From the NCBI RefSeq assembly GCF_006345805.1, contig NC_043015.1, forward strand, positions 16,368,001 through 16,432,000: a DNA stretch of 64,000 nt. The letters are read 5' to 3'. Origin of the DNA: Octopus sinensis (taxonomy: Eukaryota). The translations under genes and the position numbers were made by a program. The notes below the pieces were generated by a model. It was not told where the DNA came from. It was given only the letters and a program-made list of their open reading frames with translations, and ran no database searches. Shown here piece after piece: positions 38,934 to 52,750 of this stretch. Position 1 is the stretch's first letter. Every line of letters begins with the position of its first letter.

Positions 38934-41900
38934 AAGAACATTTTGTATAAACAAAAAACAAACAAACGTTTTTCTGTATCAATGAAAAACATTTTTTTTA
39001 ACATTGTTCTACTAATTGAACTGACTGAACATTTCACCAACAAACTTTTTGCATTAACTTTTTCATATTTCTGTAAAATCACATTTTCTTCCATGAACAC
39101 ATGTTTTGCTCTACATCACACCTGTATGCTTACACACACTTGCACCCCTCATATTTTCATGTGTGCTATCATGTTGACTCTCCTCACCACTGCAAAACAA
39201 CTTACCTCCATTAGACCTAGTGGGTCGCATAATCAATGGAGTTGCATATCTCTTTCAATGCACCAGCATATTTCATTTATGCTTCTGCCTAGGCATATAC
39301 ACATTGCCTAACATATATTGCACACACCAACTCTGAACATTGATTTTTTTGCTTTACATTTTTTTTCATTTCTTTCACTTCACATGTTTTTGACATGTAT
39401 TCATTTGTTTGTAAATAGCACTGTATCCATTTTCTGCATTACACAACAAATCACATGTTTTCAATATCACACGCATCTGTATCATTCGATCTCTTTGGTT
39501 TTCTCACTGGAAGGGAGGTTGTGTAAAAATTAACACTTCCGTTTTCCAAGCTGAGATTCAAAACCTGCCTGATCCACCACTGGTCGAACAGGCGCGAAAG
39601 AAATTTCTGTCCTGTCAAAAAGTGATAGATGGATTTCCACTTGACCTCCAACCTGAGCTGTGTCATTTAAGGTTCAAGTGGACAACAGGTGACCTACATA
39701 GGTAGAAATTATTCCTATGGTATGTCTGTTCTTCTAGCTAAGATGATGATTATAAATACAGACACATGACAGATGAGCAGACAACCAGCAGGAGACAAAC
39801 GGTCAAGCAGCCAACAGAAAGCTACATATTCAGCATGAACAACACTACACGGTAACAGTTGCAGAACATAAACTGACATGACCAAATGACGAGCTCAGAC
39901 ACAAAACTCACCCAGTTCTACCTCATCACATCGACACTATTTCTCCCGTTCATTTTTTACTTTACCAACTCGAAGCAAGTTGGTAACGTCATGTAGCAGC
40001 ATTCCTTGTGTATCCAACACGTAAATGCAAGTGTCGATCAAATAAATTATTTAAACTACAATCTGATGCTTTCTTCGTTGTTTTCTTTGATGTTGTCAAC
40101 ACGCCTATCTTCATCTGCTACATCAACAACACCTTTTGCTACACCTCCCACTACATATGTATGCAAAATAAGAAGACAAACTGTAGCAACCATTTATTTC
40201 CATCAAATTTACTTTTATTATGTTTATACACAAAAAATAATAGGAAAAATATGTGGAAGAACAGAAGATGAGTGAGCTACAAAAATAAACGATTTACAAA
40301 TTGATTTTACATGCCTTCCTCTTTGCGAAATCTTGAATGATTTCATCAAAATTTCATTTTCAACAAGAATTTGTTGTTCTTTGTCTGTTACATGGCCTTT
40401 AGAAAGGCGAATTTCTAGCTCTTTCCACTTTTCATGCACAAGGCTAGATTCATATTCTTGTAGCTTAGGATTCAACTTCCACCAGGATTTGAAACCATCA
40501 ACTGAGCAAAACTTTGAGTTTTTGCTTGAAAATAGCTTACGACAAAAACAAAACACGGCCTCTTTCGATGGAGAGTATATCATCCAAGTTCTCAAGATTT
40601 TTTTTCCCCATTTTGTAAAAGTTTGAAAAAAAACAGTTTCTTGACAGTCTTCTAATCTCCTCTTTCAGTTTTGTTATTTGTTCTGGACGTACAACTTCTT
40701 TGAATTCACAGTCAATATTTTACACAGCCTTCGATTATTGTTGTACAAGGATTTCCTGAATACTATCACCGTGATTAAACTTAGCAGGCCACATCCCAAT
40801 GTCTTTCAAATTAATATTAGAGTTTTGTTCTTCAGTAGTTTTGTGGTGGATCAGCATCATCAACTTCATCTATCTTCTCTTCAAGTTGTACTTCATTAAT
40901 AACACCATCTCCATGACTTTCTACAGTAGTACCAGTTTCATCTGGACAGTCAGGTCTGATGAGAAATAAAATTATGGCACCTTCATTTTGCCTTTCTTCT
41001 TGTTTTGTTTTCCTTTTTTTTTCAAAATGCAGCACTGCTGTCCTTAATTTGCTTTATCTCAAATTATATCAGTGATGTTGTAAATTTATATGAATAAAAT
41101 CAAATAAAGTATAGACCAACCTAAAAAAATAATCAACTTTCTGAATATCATCAACACACTGTCTTATCCAGTAATGCACAATATTACTGTATTAATAGTA
41201 TTATACTGTATATTACACAATGTTAACACACAATACAAGTTTACTGATGATAAATTTTAAGGAAATTTTAATAGCTACTATGCATTATTAAACTCTATAA
41301 TATTTATACTGCATTTTTATTAATGATATTTATACAAATAAATTGTGCTGCCCAGGGTGGACCCCACCTCCCTTCTTCCCTCTTGGTATGCTACTGTGTG
41401 TCTTAAAGCACAATGTTAAAATCAAAAGAAATATTGGAAAAACACAGTTTTAATAAGACCTGAAAGAATGAGTGGCCATGGGTAGAATGTCTTTAATCAT
41501 TGGTCTGCTGAATTAATGCTGACCTTGCGCTTAATGATTTTAACAACTAGTGACAGACTCCTCCCTATAAATGAGGAATCCTTGATTTGCTACAAATAGA
41601 AATCAAATCATTACTGTAATGCCTTGATCTTAGAAGTCTGCTGGATCTAATCATCATCAACAAATTAATGTTCTCCCCGGATGTGAATTTATCTGTCTCC
41701 TGAGCTAATCGAATGACAACCCATAGAATTCTTCAGTAGCCATTGATGAGCTGTTTATCATCCATCTCAACTGATTCTGCAAATTATCTTATTTTTCAGT
41801 CACAGTATACTTTAGGCTACATTTTCCAATAAATCCTTTTTTTATGCTCAAGTGTTACATGATAGAGATTTCACCTTAAAAAAGATGGGTTATGTATGGA

Positions 41901-42139
41901 ATGTCATGGTCATAGATAAAATACTTTTGGAAGATGGAATGGTTGTAGTTGGAAAGCGTTTTGAACATCTATGCACACAAAATTTTCTATTTTGGAGTCT
42001 AACCTACAGTATACTTGTGGTTTGAGGGTGCTAATGTGGAGAAATAAGATATGGTTCACCTACCTTCTCATCGGCTCATGCCCTACCTGTTGCACCTAAT
42101 GTTAGCAGCTGCTACTAACAATCCTGCTAGCCTACTCTT

Positions 42140-43900
42140 CTGACGTCCATTCACAGTGAGTGCACCAGGCCAAAAAGACAACCCTGGTCTTGCTTCCCTC
42201 ACTTTCTCTCTCCCCCTTCCTGCCAGTCAGGTCCCTTGACCATTGGTGTCAAAGCCCTTTCCTTCCAGCTCATTTCATACCCACATGCCCCCTTGATTTC
42301 AAAGATCACCTCCTCACCTCACTCCATGTCAAAATCTGTCATCCACCCATGTGGATGCCTCGCACACTGTGATTTCCATAAAGGAGATTGCCTCGTTCTC
42401 TTTCTCTCCTCCAACTTTGTCATCTGATGAAGCGACAATTCTGCAAACGTCCAAGGCATGATGTGGCATTCCATTCACAGAAGTATTATTTTGGGAATTA
42501 ATAGCCATCACTGTTCCACTGAGATGTGCAACGTGTCTTCGGGCACTTGACCCAGACTTCGTCTCCCACCTCCACAAAGACGGGCTCTCTCTCTCTCTCT
42601 CTTCTGCAGGGCATTCTGATGGTTTACTCAGATGCTGCCATTCATATCTGAATATCACTCCGTGTGGCACAGACTCTTCAGCCTGTCCTAATCAGGACAA
42701 CATATTGTAGCAGAAAACTGCTTCCAGCGGTGAGATGCACCCCTTCACCATTCTGTCAACATCTTTCCATGATCCCATTTCCGCTTGGCCTGTATGCCAC
42801 TCTGAAGAAGTGGTGCACATTCCACTTATCAAGCTTCTCCTTCAGCATCTCTGAATGAAATCTTGTGCCATTGTCAATCAGCAATTCATCCACAGCGCCT
42901 CATTCCAGGAATATCTCGTTAAGGATATGTGCAATCTCATCTGCAGTGCCTGTCTTCATTTCCCTCCAAATGGCCATCCAACCCAAGCGACAGTCAACCA
43001 TTGAGAGATACGTTCCCTGCCGGTAATGTGTGACATCCACTACTAATTGTCTCCAGTTGTGCTCTACTGAGATGTTTCCCTGCACATGCACACCCAGAGC
43101 AGAGTTGATGGATTGACACCAATCACAGTTCCCGACCACCTTTTGGATGCCCTGTCTAGTAAAGTCAGCATCAATCTTTCTGGCAAGATACAAGGTTCTA
43201 TCCGCACCCATATGATGCATGGCATGCAGTCTCCTTAGTTCCAAGTCACTTAACCAGCACACTGCAGCTATTCCCTGCTTTGGATCTTCTGGCTCTGCTA
43301 ACCAAGCCTTTTTCACCCTTGTCAATGTCTACTTTGTTCCTTTCTGAAAGCACAAAAGCCATGCTCAGCTTCAAACCAAATTCGGCAGCTAACTCTCCTA
43401 GAACCTCAAGGTGGCACTTTACTAACATCTCTGCAGCCCCTTTGGCTCAAACCCTCTTTTCTTCAGTGATGACTGATCCTCCCAAGCCAAACACAGTGGC
43501 CAAATTGGTTCAGATTTCGATGGAGTGCAGCTCCCATTTTAGGGCCAGATTCACTCAACTTCAAGTTGACAATCATTGCTGCCCTTGTCATCTGTCTCCA
43601 TTCACACATTGTCTCACTGCTCTCGCCATGTCTCCATTCGCGCAGTGTCTTGCTGCCTTTGTCATCTGTCTCCCTTCACACAGTGTCTTGCCACCCTCAT
43701 CATCTGCTTCCATTCACGCAGTGTTCTTGATGATTTTAGTGCATACAACTACTTCTCTCTCTCTCTCTTTTATGCTGATTCTGCTGAAAGTTCTGTCATT
43801 GAGAAAGGGCTCTTTGATTCAAATAGTCTCTTCACCTTCTTATGAACTTGCTGACACATCTCATTTTTCTACCACCATATCCAACCTTTAAGATGCCATG
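42140..43900 (-). mobile_element. Gypsy-type gag/RNase H/integrase fragment
   Basis: Minus frames: HAMHHMGADRTLYLAR...CDWCQ (HHCC), WRQLVVDVTHY, ELLIDNG, VAYRPSGNGIMER. No LTR recognised. Confidence 0.75.
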
Positions 43901-44199
43901 ATAGCATCATTTGACCATTGTCTCGTCTTCCGCTACTTCAATTCAGCAAATTAGTAAGAGCTCTTAACAAAAAATTAACTTCACCATTAGCCTGTCTTTG
44001 ACAGTTAAATGAATGAATTGATATCATTCATGTCCTACATCTCTATTACACCCTCAAGCCCCAGAATAATTCACTCGTAGCTGCCTGCACTACTGTGTGA
44101 AACTTGAGAAACTGCTTACAGTTTATTGAAGAATTGTCCTCATTATCAGCTGGTGTAGCAAGGTGCAGAGTCTTGCTGCCACATGTACGGCCTCCCTAC

Positions 44200-44800
44200 A
44201 GCTACCTAGTCAATATAGGGCATCACCACCTTGCTTAGGACACTGTTGTAGCCATCAAGGAAGAAGTGAAGTGGCCTGGCATCACCTTCACTGCTGACAA
44301 CACCGAAGAACATGACTGTCACTGGAAATTTTGTTTGCATGATTCCAGGCATGTCCTTGGGTGAGACAATGAGCCACCTGTTCTGGTGGTTGATCTTCTG
44401 GTCTTGATAGAAATTCTTCTCATCAGAGAACCACAACATGTCTGGCTCCAGTGGTGTTTCCACTTGTTTGTGTGCTTGAGTCACTTTTCCTGCATTTCCT
44501 TGGACAGAAATTGTCCTTTCCTCACCTTGTATGAAAAGTAGCAAATGTTCTCATGTGCCACCAGCCTGATAAGCTTTTCATTCGCACCTTTCTCCATTGC
44601 AATGGTATGCATCAACTTTTTAGGATCATTGTTGATCTGGATTTCAGCTATAAATTCCAGCATTCTGATGGTATCAGATCATGGGTTTACCTCTCTGTTG
44701 TCACCTCATAGTCGAATCCTGAATCTTTCAGATCCTTTCTGAACTTTTCCACCATTCTTCTGCTGACATTGAGGTAGTCTGAAATCTCCTTGTTTGTCCC
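44200..44800 (-). mobile_element. Tc1/mariner transposase fragment related to 472-1149
   Basis: LWFSDEKNFYQDQKINHQN...TKFPVTVMFFGVVSSEGD. Confidence 0.8.
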
Positions 44801-45199
44801 TCCAGCAACTTTTTAAACATTCAACATCTTAAAAGTGACAAACACCTCCTTTGTAACCCTGAACTATCTTTGTCTAGTGGACTACCCTGAACTATCTTTG
44901 TAATGGATCTGGCTCTGTAGAGAATACAGAGCCAGACCCACTACAGACTACTCTTTTAGACTTCAGTTGCACTTTGCCTTAAAAAAATATTGAGAAAATA
45001 AAAATTCTTACCCTCAACATCGCTGGTCAGAAGTATCTCGTATCAAAATTGCCTATTTATGAGTTCTACATATTACATGTAATTTTAACCATTTGTGTCA
45101 GCAAATATATTACAGGCTTTCTCCAGCCTCTACACCAACAACTTTCATATTCCTTTGTGCTTGTTTATATTTCATATTCTTCATTTTCTACATTTACTT

Positions 45200-48196
45200 T
45201 AATCACACATTCTCCTATGCATTTAAGGTTATTCTCCCCTGTCTTAACTTATACTAACCAAGAACGATCAGCCATCCCCTGTATATCATCATCTGAAATC
45301 CAGATACAAACTGCTGTCCTTGAATGCCCGTAGTTTATGCAACAAGGTGCATCTTTTTGACTCTTACGTCAAAAGTATCAACCCAGATTTCATAACAGTC
45401 ACGGAAACATGGGCACTTTCTGCACTCTGTGATGGAGTTTTCAGCATAGCCGGCTACAACCTGTTCCGCAAAGACTGCATTAATCGCCGTGGAGGGGGTG
45501 TGATGATTTATGTTCGATCAAATCTATCGGCAATCCCCTGTGATGATTTGAACCAATCTCAGCAGGAAGTATTTTTCTGCAATATACACATGACCATGTC
45601 AACACTTCTGCTTGGAGTTGTTTACCGCCCCCCAAATTACCGTCAAGACGCACAGCCTTTTGATATCCTCAGAGCTGCTGCCATGAAAACAACCGCATAT
45701 GTTTATATTGCGGGCGACTTCAATTTCCCTGAGATTGACTGGGAGGCCTTCTGTTGGCCGCAAAGTGCAGACGATTTCCTTGAACTGGTGCTGAATTCAA
45801 ATTGGTCTCAAGTCATTACCTCTCCCCACAAGGGGTAACAACACTTTGGATCTGCTACTTACTGCTTCTCCTGAAACAATCATTAGTGTCACTACTGAAG
45901 AACCTTTAGGTGACACTGATCATTCCATGATCATGGCCGACTTGTCTCTGATTGGTTGTAACAAAAACCACAACCATCTTCAGACTGCCCGCTTTGACTG
46001 GAATAAAGCAGACTGGAACTCTTATTGTACTGAGCTACAACGCCCAAACTGGCTCGAATTTTATGCCTCTGGAGATGTGGACACTATACTCCAGAACATT
46101 CTGAATTCAATATGGGTGGCATGTGCAGCATCAGTACCACGCAAGCACAAAAAACCACCCAATAGTGCAATTTGGGAGACTGCAACAGTCCGATTTGCCA
46201 GGAAAGAACGCCGTAATGCTGAACAGGAATACAAATTACACAAATTAGAGATCAGGAAAAAGTGCAATAGGTCAGCCAACCACCTCAAGCAGGTGACAAA
46301 AAAGCAGTGCTTGAATTTGAACAACGCATCGCAACCAACCCTGACAGCAAAGTGTTCTGGAAGTATGTACACTCAAAGCAGAGACCTCACTCTCCAGTTG
46401 GTCCCCTTCGCAATCCCCACACAGGACAGATTACTGGCAATCCCAAAGAATGTGCAGAAATCATTGCTGGATGCTATGCCGGCATCTTTACTGTCGAAGA
46501 CCAAAATGTTCCAACTTCATCACCACTGACATCGGACTCTATATCTACTATGCAATTTACACCAGCAATGCTATGCCACCTTAAGAATAAATGCAACTAT
46601 GCCTCTCCTGGTCTCAATGGTGTTACATACCTACTTCTCAAACGCTGTGGGTACTTTCTTCTAAGCCAACTTTCTCTATTCTTCCAATTCTGTCTTATGG
46701 TGTTACTCCAGAGCAGTGGAAAACTGCCAGTGTTATCCCTCTGTTCAAACAACGTGACCGCACATCGCCTGTCAACTATTGCCCTGTTAGTCTTACTAGC
46801 TGAATTGCCAAACTGATGGAATCCTGTATCAGGGAAACCTGGAAGTCTCACAGCCTCATCTAGCCGTCACAATTTGAATTTATTCCTAACTCCAGCTGCT
46901 GTAATCAACTCATCGAGTTTCTTGAGGACGTTACCCAAATCACTGATCGCGGATCCTGGGTGGATGTGGTTTACCTGGACTTTGCTAAGGCTTTTAACTC
47001 TGTGCCACACAAATGACTTATGGTGAAGCTCTCTGCGTTGGGCGTAAGAGACGAACTCTATAACTGGTTGAAGTCCTTTATTTTCGGCCGAAAAGAGGTT
47101 GTTACAGTTCTAGGACAGCACTCTTCGCCCTATGAGATGTACCAAAGGGATCTGTTCTTGGCCCCCTTTTATTTGTTGCATATGTTAATGACATAGATGC
47201 CAACTTAAAGAATGCCACAGTGCTGAAATATGCAGATGACATCAAGCTGTACCGCGAAATAAAGAGGTCAGATCCTGTACACTGTAGATCTCCATTGCAA
47301 GCAGACCTGGACACAATGCAGCAGTGGATCATGGACTGGCAACTCAAGCTGGCTGTGGACAAATGTACCACCATGCATTTTGGGAGGAGAAACCCAGCGT
47401 CCACCTACTCCCTCCACAACACTAATCTCAAAAAGTCTTCATGTGAACATGACCTGGGTGTTATTGTCGACAGTGATTTGCGTTGGACAAAACACATCGC
47501 TAAAATTGTCAAGAAGGCTGAGAGTGTCTTGGCATCACTCACCAAATCCTTTGTGAGCCGCTCTCCGACTATCTATCTGCGGCTTTATATAGCTATGGTA
47601 AGACCTCACCTGGAATTTGCATCACCAGTCTGGAACCCCTACCTTGCCCAGGATATCAATCGTCTGGAAGCCGTTCAGCGACATGCAACCAAAAGAATAC
47701 CCTCCATCAGGCATTTGCCATATTCTGAATGCCTTACTTCCCTGGGCATGGATACATTGAAACTCCGACGTCTGGCAGCTGACTTGGCAGACACCCATAA
47801 AATTATCAACCATCTTACAAACAATAACTCTGAGCACCTTTTCAAACTCCACCCATCTAACACCCGTGGACATATTTACAAAGTCAGAAAACAGCACAGC
47901 TCCCATGACTTTCGGAAATATTTTTTCACGCTAAGAGTTGCTGAAGCATGGAACAAACTGCCGGCATCAGTTGTTAGTTGTCGGAGCACTGCATCCTTCA
48001 AAACTTCCATGCTTTCTGAGATTCGCCAACACTACACCTGATTTTCTCTCCATACACACACAAGCATGTATCTGACTCATACATTGTTCACTTCCCAGAC
48101 ATTTGTACATTACTGCATATACTTTATACGCACTTTCTGATAAGTTGTGGTGCACCTGAGCACTGTATACAATATTTTCATTATTATTATTATTAT
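45200..48196 (+). mobile_element. CR1/L2-group LINE, near-complete ORF2 with disablements, 3' UTR and (ATT)n tail
   Basis: APE motifs NARSLCNK, TVTETW, VYRPP, IAGDFNFP. RT motifs VYLDFAKAFNSVPH, QGSVLGPLLF, KYADDIKLY. C-terminal TRGH...FFTLRVAEAWNKLP. Several stops and frameshifts. Confidence 0.92.
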
Positions 48197-48827
48197 ATAA
48201 CATGCAGACCTTCAAATATAATCTTGCCACCTTCCCACAAGCTAGGTTTCTGAGTCCCTCTCTTTTAAACAGTATTAAAGCATACACTACTTGTTTCTCA
48301 AGAAAACATATCTTCAACTATACATCTTTACTGCTCAACAACATTCACTTAAAACTATACTGTAAACATTAGGCTTTAGAATTCCTAACTTTGCAAGAGA
48401 ACCCCACATACATCACATGATTATGACTGCATCACTCCTTCTCAGAACCAGAAAATACTTTGGCTCAGCAGTTGCTCACTCTATATTTAGAGATTATTAT
48501 ATTCTCCATTTGCGTAATAGAAAAGAATCTCCAACATCTTTGGCCCAATAATGATCTGTGATATTCTCTTACCTTTTGAGTACTTCTTGTTATTCCATAA
48601 TCAATCTACCTTCTCAAACACTTTTCTTTCACATCCCTCTAGGACTTTCTATCTAAATTTCTCCTCCAACAGCTAATCTACAGAAGCAGCTATATTGACT
48701 TGACTAAATTATCATTTTCCCTAATTTAGGATGAGCTGAAAGAGCTACACTTCCTCCCCCCAAATTAAGAAAACCTTCAGTCATGCCATCTAAACCGGTT
48801 TATTATCATCCTTAAAAGATCGATGTA

Positions 48828-49536
48828 CGAGGGGGTACCCAAAAGAAACCAAAATTTTGCAATATTATTTTACTCAGTTTTACATGTTTACACTTTTATT
48901 GCCTTCAAAGTATGCTCCATTTTGAAACAGTGGGACCAAAAAATGTCAGGGAGATAGATTGGTTGAATAGAGAGGGTGATTCAGTGGGATCATGCCATTG
49001 TTAGTCAAAAACTGTCTCACACTCAAGGCAGTGTATGCAGGCATATTGTCATGCTGAAACCACTACTCTTCACCTTGCCACGGGTCGGAGCGTTTTCATC
49101 TCATCGCTTCTTGCAAATGCTTCAGAACTGCCAAATAAAATTTCTGGTTAACAGTTTGAATCAATGAAACAAATCATCATCTTCTTCACATAGGACTTCA
49201 CTTGACATGCTGTTTTGGAACGTGGTGACATTTAATGCTTCTATTGACTTGATTGCTAATTTGTTTCTGGGTTGTAGCTGTTGGTCACCATGGCAGCAGC
49301 CTTGTAAGCTGTTTGAAGCATGACAACTCTTTCGGCTACTGTTTCTTCATTTCAACCTTTGCAAAAATCAATAAGCAAGGGAGATGCACTGCAAAACGAA
49401 GATGCACCATGTGGTAGCACAACTTTACTGGATGATGCCTGAGGGTTGCATCTAGTGGCTTCTAGCGGCAGAAGCCGGAACTACAATGGGCTTGTCTCAC
49501 AGAGAACATTTCCGGTTACTTTGGGGTACCCCCACG
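48828..49536 (-). mobile_element. Internally deleted mariner element
   Basis: TA-CGAGGGGGTACCCAAAAG...TTTGGGGTACCCCCACG-TA. Minus remnants TVNQKFYLAVLKHLQEAMR and WFQHDNMPAYTALSVRQFL. Confidence 0.85.
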
Positions 49537-49873
49537 TATTTAGGTTTATTTACACTTCTACCTGAAATTGTAAAATGCAAAAAGAAATATTGTTGGCATG
49601 GTTAGAACTTGTAATAATAATGGTTTTAGCTACTGAGATGTTTATTTCTTGTATATGTTACTTGTAGAAATTATGTAGTTGTTTGCATGTTAGAATATTG
49701 TAAGGACGATATTGTTTTAATTTTTTTTTTTTTTTTTCAGATATTAATTTATATATTCTCTGCATTGGGCATTTATTCGTAGGATGTTTACTGTCTAATT
49801 GTATCTACTGGTTTTTAGACTACATTCTTCCATATTTATACATCATAGCTAAATAAAATTTATCATCTCTTTC

Positions 49874-49928
<55 letters not shown>

Positions 49929-50493
49929 TAGGTGAGTAGCCATGCAGATTTCTCCGCAAGAATCTGCTCTTCCCTCATCTCATAGTGATCCCTTTGTTCC
50001 TTACCATGAAACTGCCCCCTCCACCTACTTCAGGGATCATAGTCCTGTTGGAAACTACATGGCTATCTCAATCAGGTGCCATGAAAAATGCACCAAGTCC
50101 ATGCTGTAAAGTGTTTGGTATTAGGAATGGCATCCAACTATAAAATCTATGCCAAAGCACATATTGGAGCCCAATGCAATCTTCGGACACATCAGTTCCT
50201 GCCAGATTGTCCAACCCATGCCAGCATGGAATGTGGACGTTAAATAATGATGGTAAATAAAACATTGTATCATGGATGTTTAAAAAATGGCAGAAATCTT
50301 GACAATGAAACAATCAAGTTTATAACAAGTTAGTGACTCAAAAATATCATGATCTAAATCAGGGACTTAGTTTGTGCTTTGTAAAAGTCATTCTAATTTG
50401 TTTTTATCTTTGAATGAAATTACTATAAAAATTAGATTGAATTTAAGTGTTCATTCCAGCCTAGTGATGAAACTTAGCAACAAAAGAACCAAG

Positions 50494-50845
50494 TTCTATA
50501 TTTAAGAGATGAGGAATTATGTACATTATTTACATTTGACGGATATTTGTCCTCATCTTGTTTGTTGTTAACATGTTTCGACTGATATACCCTCCAGCCT
50601 TCATCACGGGCATATAGCAAAGGGTTTAACAGCACGGGCTACTAACCCCAAGATTCTGAGTTCGATTCCAGGCAGTAACCTGAATAATGATAATAATAAT
50701 AATAACATCAAAAAATACCTTAGGAATGAGAACCAAGGTTCAAAATTTCCCCAAGACACCTGATGAAGGCTGGAGGGTATATCGGTATATCAGCCGAAAC
50801 GTGTTAACAACAAACAAGATGAGGACAAATAGCCATCAAATGTAC
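50494..50845 (+). mobile_element. tRNA-headed SINE-like element with hammerhead core, preceded by inverted 3' fragment (copy C)
   Basis: Inverted 3' arm 50494-50606, then head with B box GAGTTCGATTCC 50658-50669, (AAT)n, GACAC-CTGATGA(50760-50766)-A-GGCTG...CAGCC-GAAAC(50796-50800)-GTGTT. Confidence 0.8.
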
Positions 50846-51130
50846 AGAAAAGAATCAAGATCGGTAATATTCTACTTGCAAGTAAAAATTTAACATCTAC
50901 TGGCTGTGCTCAAATGGCTTAAATATCTGCTGAGTGAGTTTCTATTAATAAACATAAACGACTTTTGATCTGGAGTTAACACTTAACTTTCAGCTGCAAT
51001 ATTGTTACTTGAAGTAATTTGAATTTTCTGCAGACATTGTATTAAGAGAAACAAACAAAAAGTAATAAAAAAAATTTTTTTTAAAAGACTCCCTGAGTCT
51101 TTCATTGACTGATTTCCTCTCTCTATATAG

Positions 51131-51188
51131 CAAAATAGAAAAACTCTACATCTAACAGAACTGCTCAGTCATACTACCAAACAGGAAG
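51131..51188 (+). CDS. CDC20: Candidate 58-nt linking exon of the CDC20-like gene (QNRKTLHLTELLSHTTKQE)
   Basis: Acceptor ttcctctctctatatag| and donor AAG|GTACAC. Only frame 0 is open and the length is 3n+1, the phase 0 to phase 1 bridge needed between MPK and the 54518 exon. The donor is weak and the call is speculative. Confidence 0.3.
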
Positions 51189-52200
51189 GTACACAGAATT
51201 TGCCTATGAAAAGAAATGTACTACAACTGCCAAGTGGTTTGTACTCATTTTGTACATCAAAGTTTTTTTTTTCCTTTTATTATTGAAAAGTATTGTATCT
51301 TTCATGAAATATTTATTCCTCATTATTCCTCTCCTTTATAGATAGATAGGACAAGCCTTGTGGGTGCATCTCTGTTCTTTTTTTGTTTTTATCTTTGAAT
51401 GACTAATTAACTGAACTGATGACCCTCTTCAGATTTTCTATTTACTGATCTACTAGTTGTTTTCAGCTAATATAATGTCTTCTATTTTCATTTCATTTCT
51501 ATATCTTTTACAAACATAAATCATTTATTATGCCAGGTTATTGCCAGTGTCACTGGACTGGCTCCTGTGCTGGTGGCACATAAAAAATACCACTTGAGCA
51601 TGGCCATTACCAGTACCGCCTGACTGGCCCTCATACCGGTGGTACGTAAAAGCACCCACTACACTCTGAGTGGTTGGCATTAGGAAGGGCATCTAGCTGT
51701 AGAAACTCTGCCAGATCAGATTAGAGCCTGGTTCACCAGCCCTCAGTCAAATCGTCCAATCCATGCTAGTATGGAAAACGGATGTTAAACGATGATGATA
51801 TGTAGAATTCTCCAACATTGATTGGTTGGTAATTCACTGATAGTATCTTTTTCATTTTCTGACAGAAAGTGAACTTTCTTTTTGCTCTAGATTATGAACT
51901 CTACAATCCAGAAGAGTTCAGCAAAATGGTTCAACAAAATAGAGTTTTGAGGAAATTACTAGATGTTACTGTATAGTCAGGAATGTGGCATGAAAAATAC
52001 AACAATCTAACAACAAATAATGATTAACTGTTGATAAAAACTGCATCTCTCATCCAGCAGATCATACTCGTTTCCTTCTCTTTTTAGTTTGTCCTTTGCT
52101 TTCTTGCATTGATTCACTTTGTATTTCTGATACATGGAAATAAAATCTCCTCACAATTCTTTGCTTTAATCTACTTATTTTGCACTGTCTTACTCTCTGT

Positions 52201-52750
52201 TAATATAATAATGAAATTATTGTATACAGTGCTCAGGTGCACCACAACTTGTCAGAAAGTGCGTATAAAGTGTATGCAGTAATGAACAAATGTCTGGGAA
52301 GTGAACAGTGTATGAGTCAGATAGATGCTTGTGTGTGTATGGAGGGGAGGAAATCAGGTGTAGTGTTGGCGAATCTCAGAAAGCATGGAAGTTTTGAAGG
52401 ATGCAGTGCTCCGACAACTAACAACTGATGCCGGCAGTTTGTTCCATGCTTCAGCAACTCTCAGCGTGAAAAAATATTTCCGAAAGTCATGGGAGCTATG
52501 CTGTTTTCTGACTTTGTAAATATGTCCACGGGTGTTAGACGGGTGGAGTTTGAAAAGGTGCTCAGAGTTATTGTTTGTAAGATGGTTGATAACTTTATGG
52601 GTGTCTGCCAGATGTCGGAGTTTCAATGTATCCATGCCCAGGGAGGTAAGGCATTCAGAATATGGCAAATGCCTGATGGAGGGTATTCTTTTGGTTGCAT
52701 GTCACTGAACGGCTTCCAGACGATTGATATCCTGGGCAAGATAGGGGTTA
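52201..52750 (-). mobile_element. 5'-truncated copy of the same CR1-type LINE
   Basis: ORF 52354-52668 nearly identical to the C-terminus of 47220-48041. Possible TSD GTTAAT (52199-204, 52747-52). Confidence 0.92.

Larger units (their letters stand above)
34585..40155 (+). mobile_element. Gypsy LTR retrotransposon, decayed, with both LTRs
   Basis: LTRs 34585-35915 and 39520-40155 (TG...CA). PBS TGGTAACCCTGA at 35918 resembles tRNA-Trp TGGTGACCCCGA. PPT GAAGGGAGG. Flanks TATA/TATG. RT YIDDLL, RNase H VDASNSGVRGVLQQ, integrase TTAYHPAANGMVERFHHQLK. Confidence 0.92.
34476..41396 (-). mobile_element. hAT transposon relic (TTF-type zinc finger transposase N-terminus), split by a Gypsy insertion
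   Basis: TIRs CAGTGGTGTACCTAG / CTTGGTATGCTACTG. 8-bp TSD CGTGTCTC vs TGTGTCTT (two C-T changes). Minus ORF 40224-40595: RTWMIYSPSKEAVFCFCRKLF..GFKSWWKL...WKELEIRL. Confidence 0.85.

Noticed and set aside
42424-42452. CTGATGA...AAACGTC hammerhead look-alike (also CTGATGA at about 35927 and 40937)
   Set aside because: No stem I or II pairing, G12 missing, and each lies in Gypsy/hAT coding or PBS sequence.
49740-49855. Strong T-tract acceptor followed by a hydrophobic 37-codon frame, stop and AATAAA (possible alternative terminal exon)
   Set aside because: It needs a phase-1 donor that the upstream MPK exon does not provide, shows no recognisable homology, and AT-rich DNA often gives hydrophobic frames.
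50607-50670. tRNA-like sequences (also about 1745-1812, 38695-38750, 56229-56295)
   Set aside because: A/B boxes only, with no full cloverleaf, embedded in multi-copy repeats: SINE heads, not tRNA genes.
51866-51976. 36-codon open frame after a pyrimidine tract (KVNFLFALDY...)
   Set aside because: Ends in a stop without a credible donor and has no CDC20-family similarity; the surrounding DNA looks like decayed repeat.
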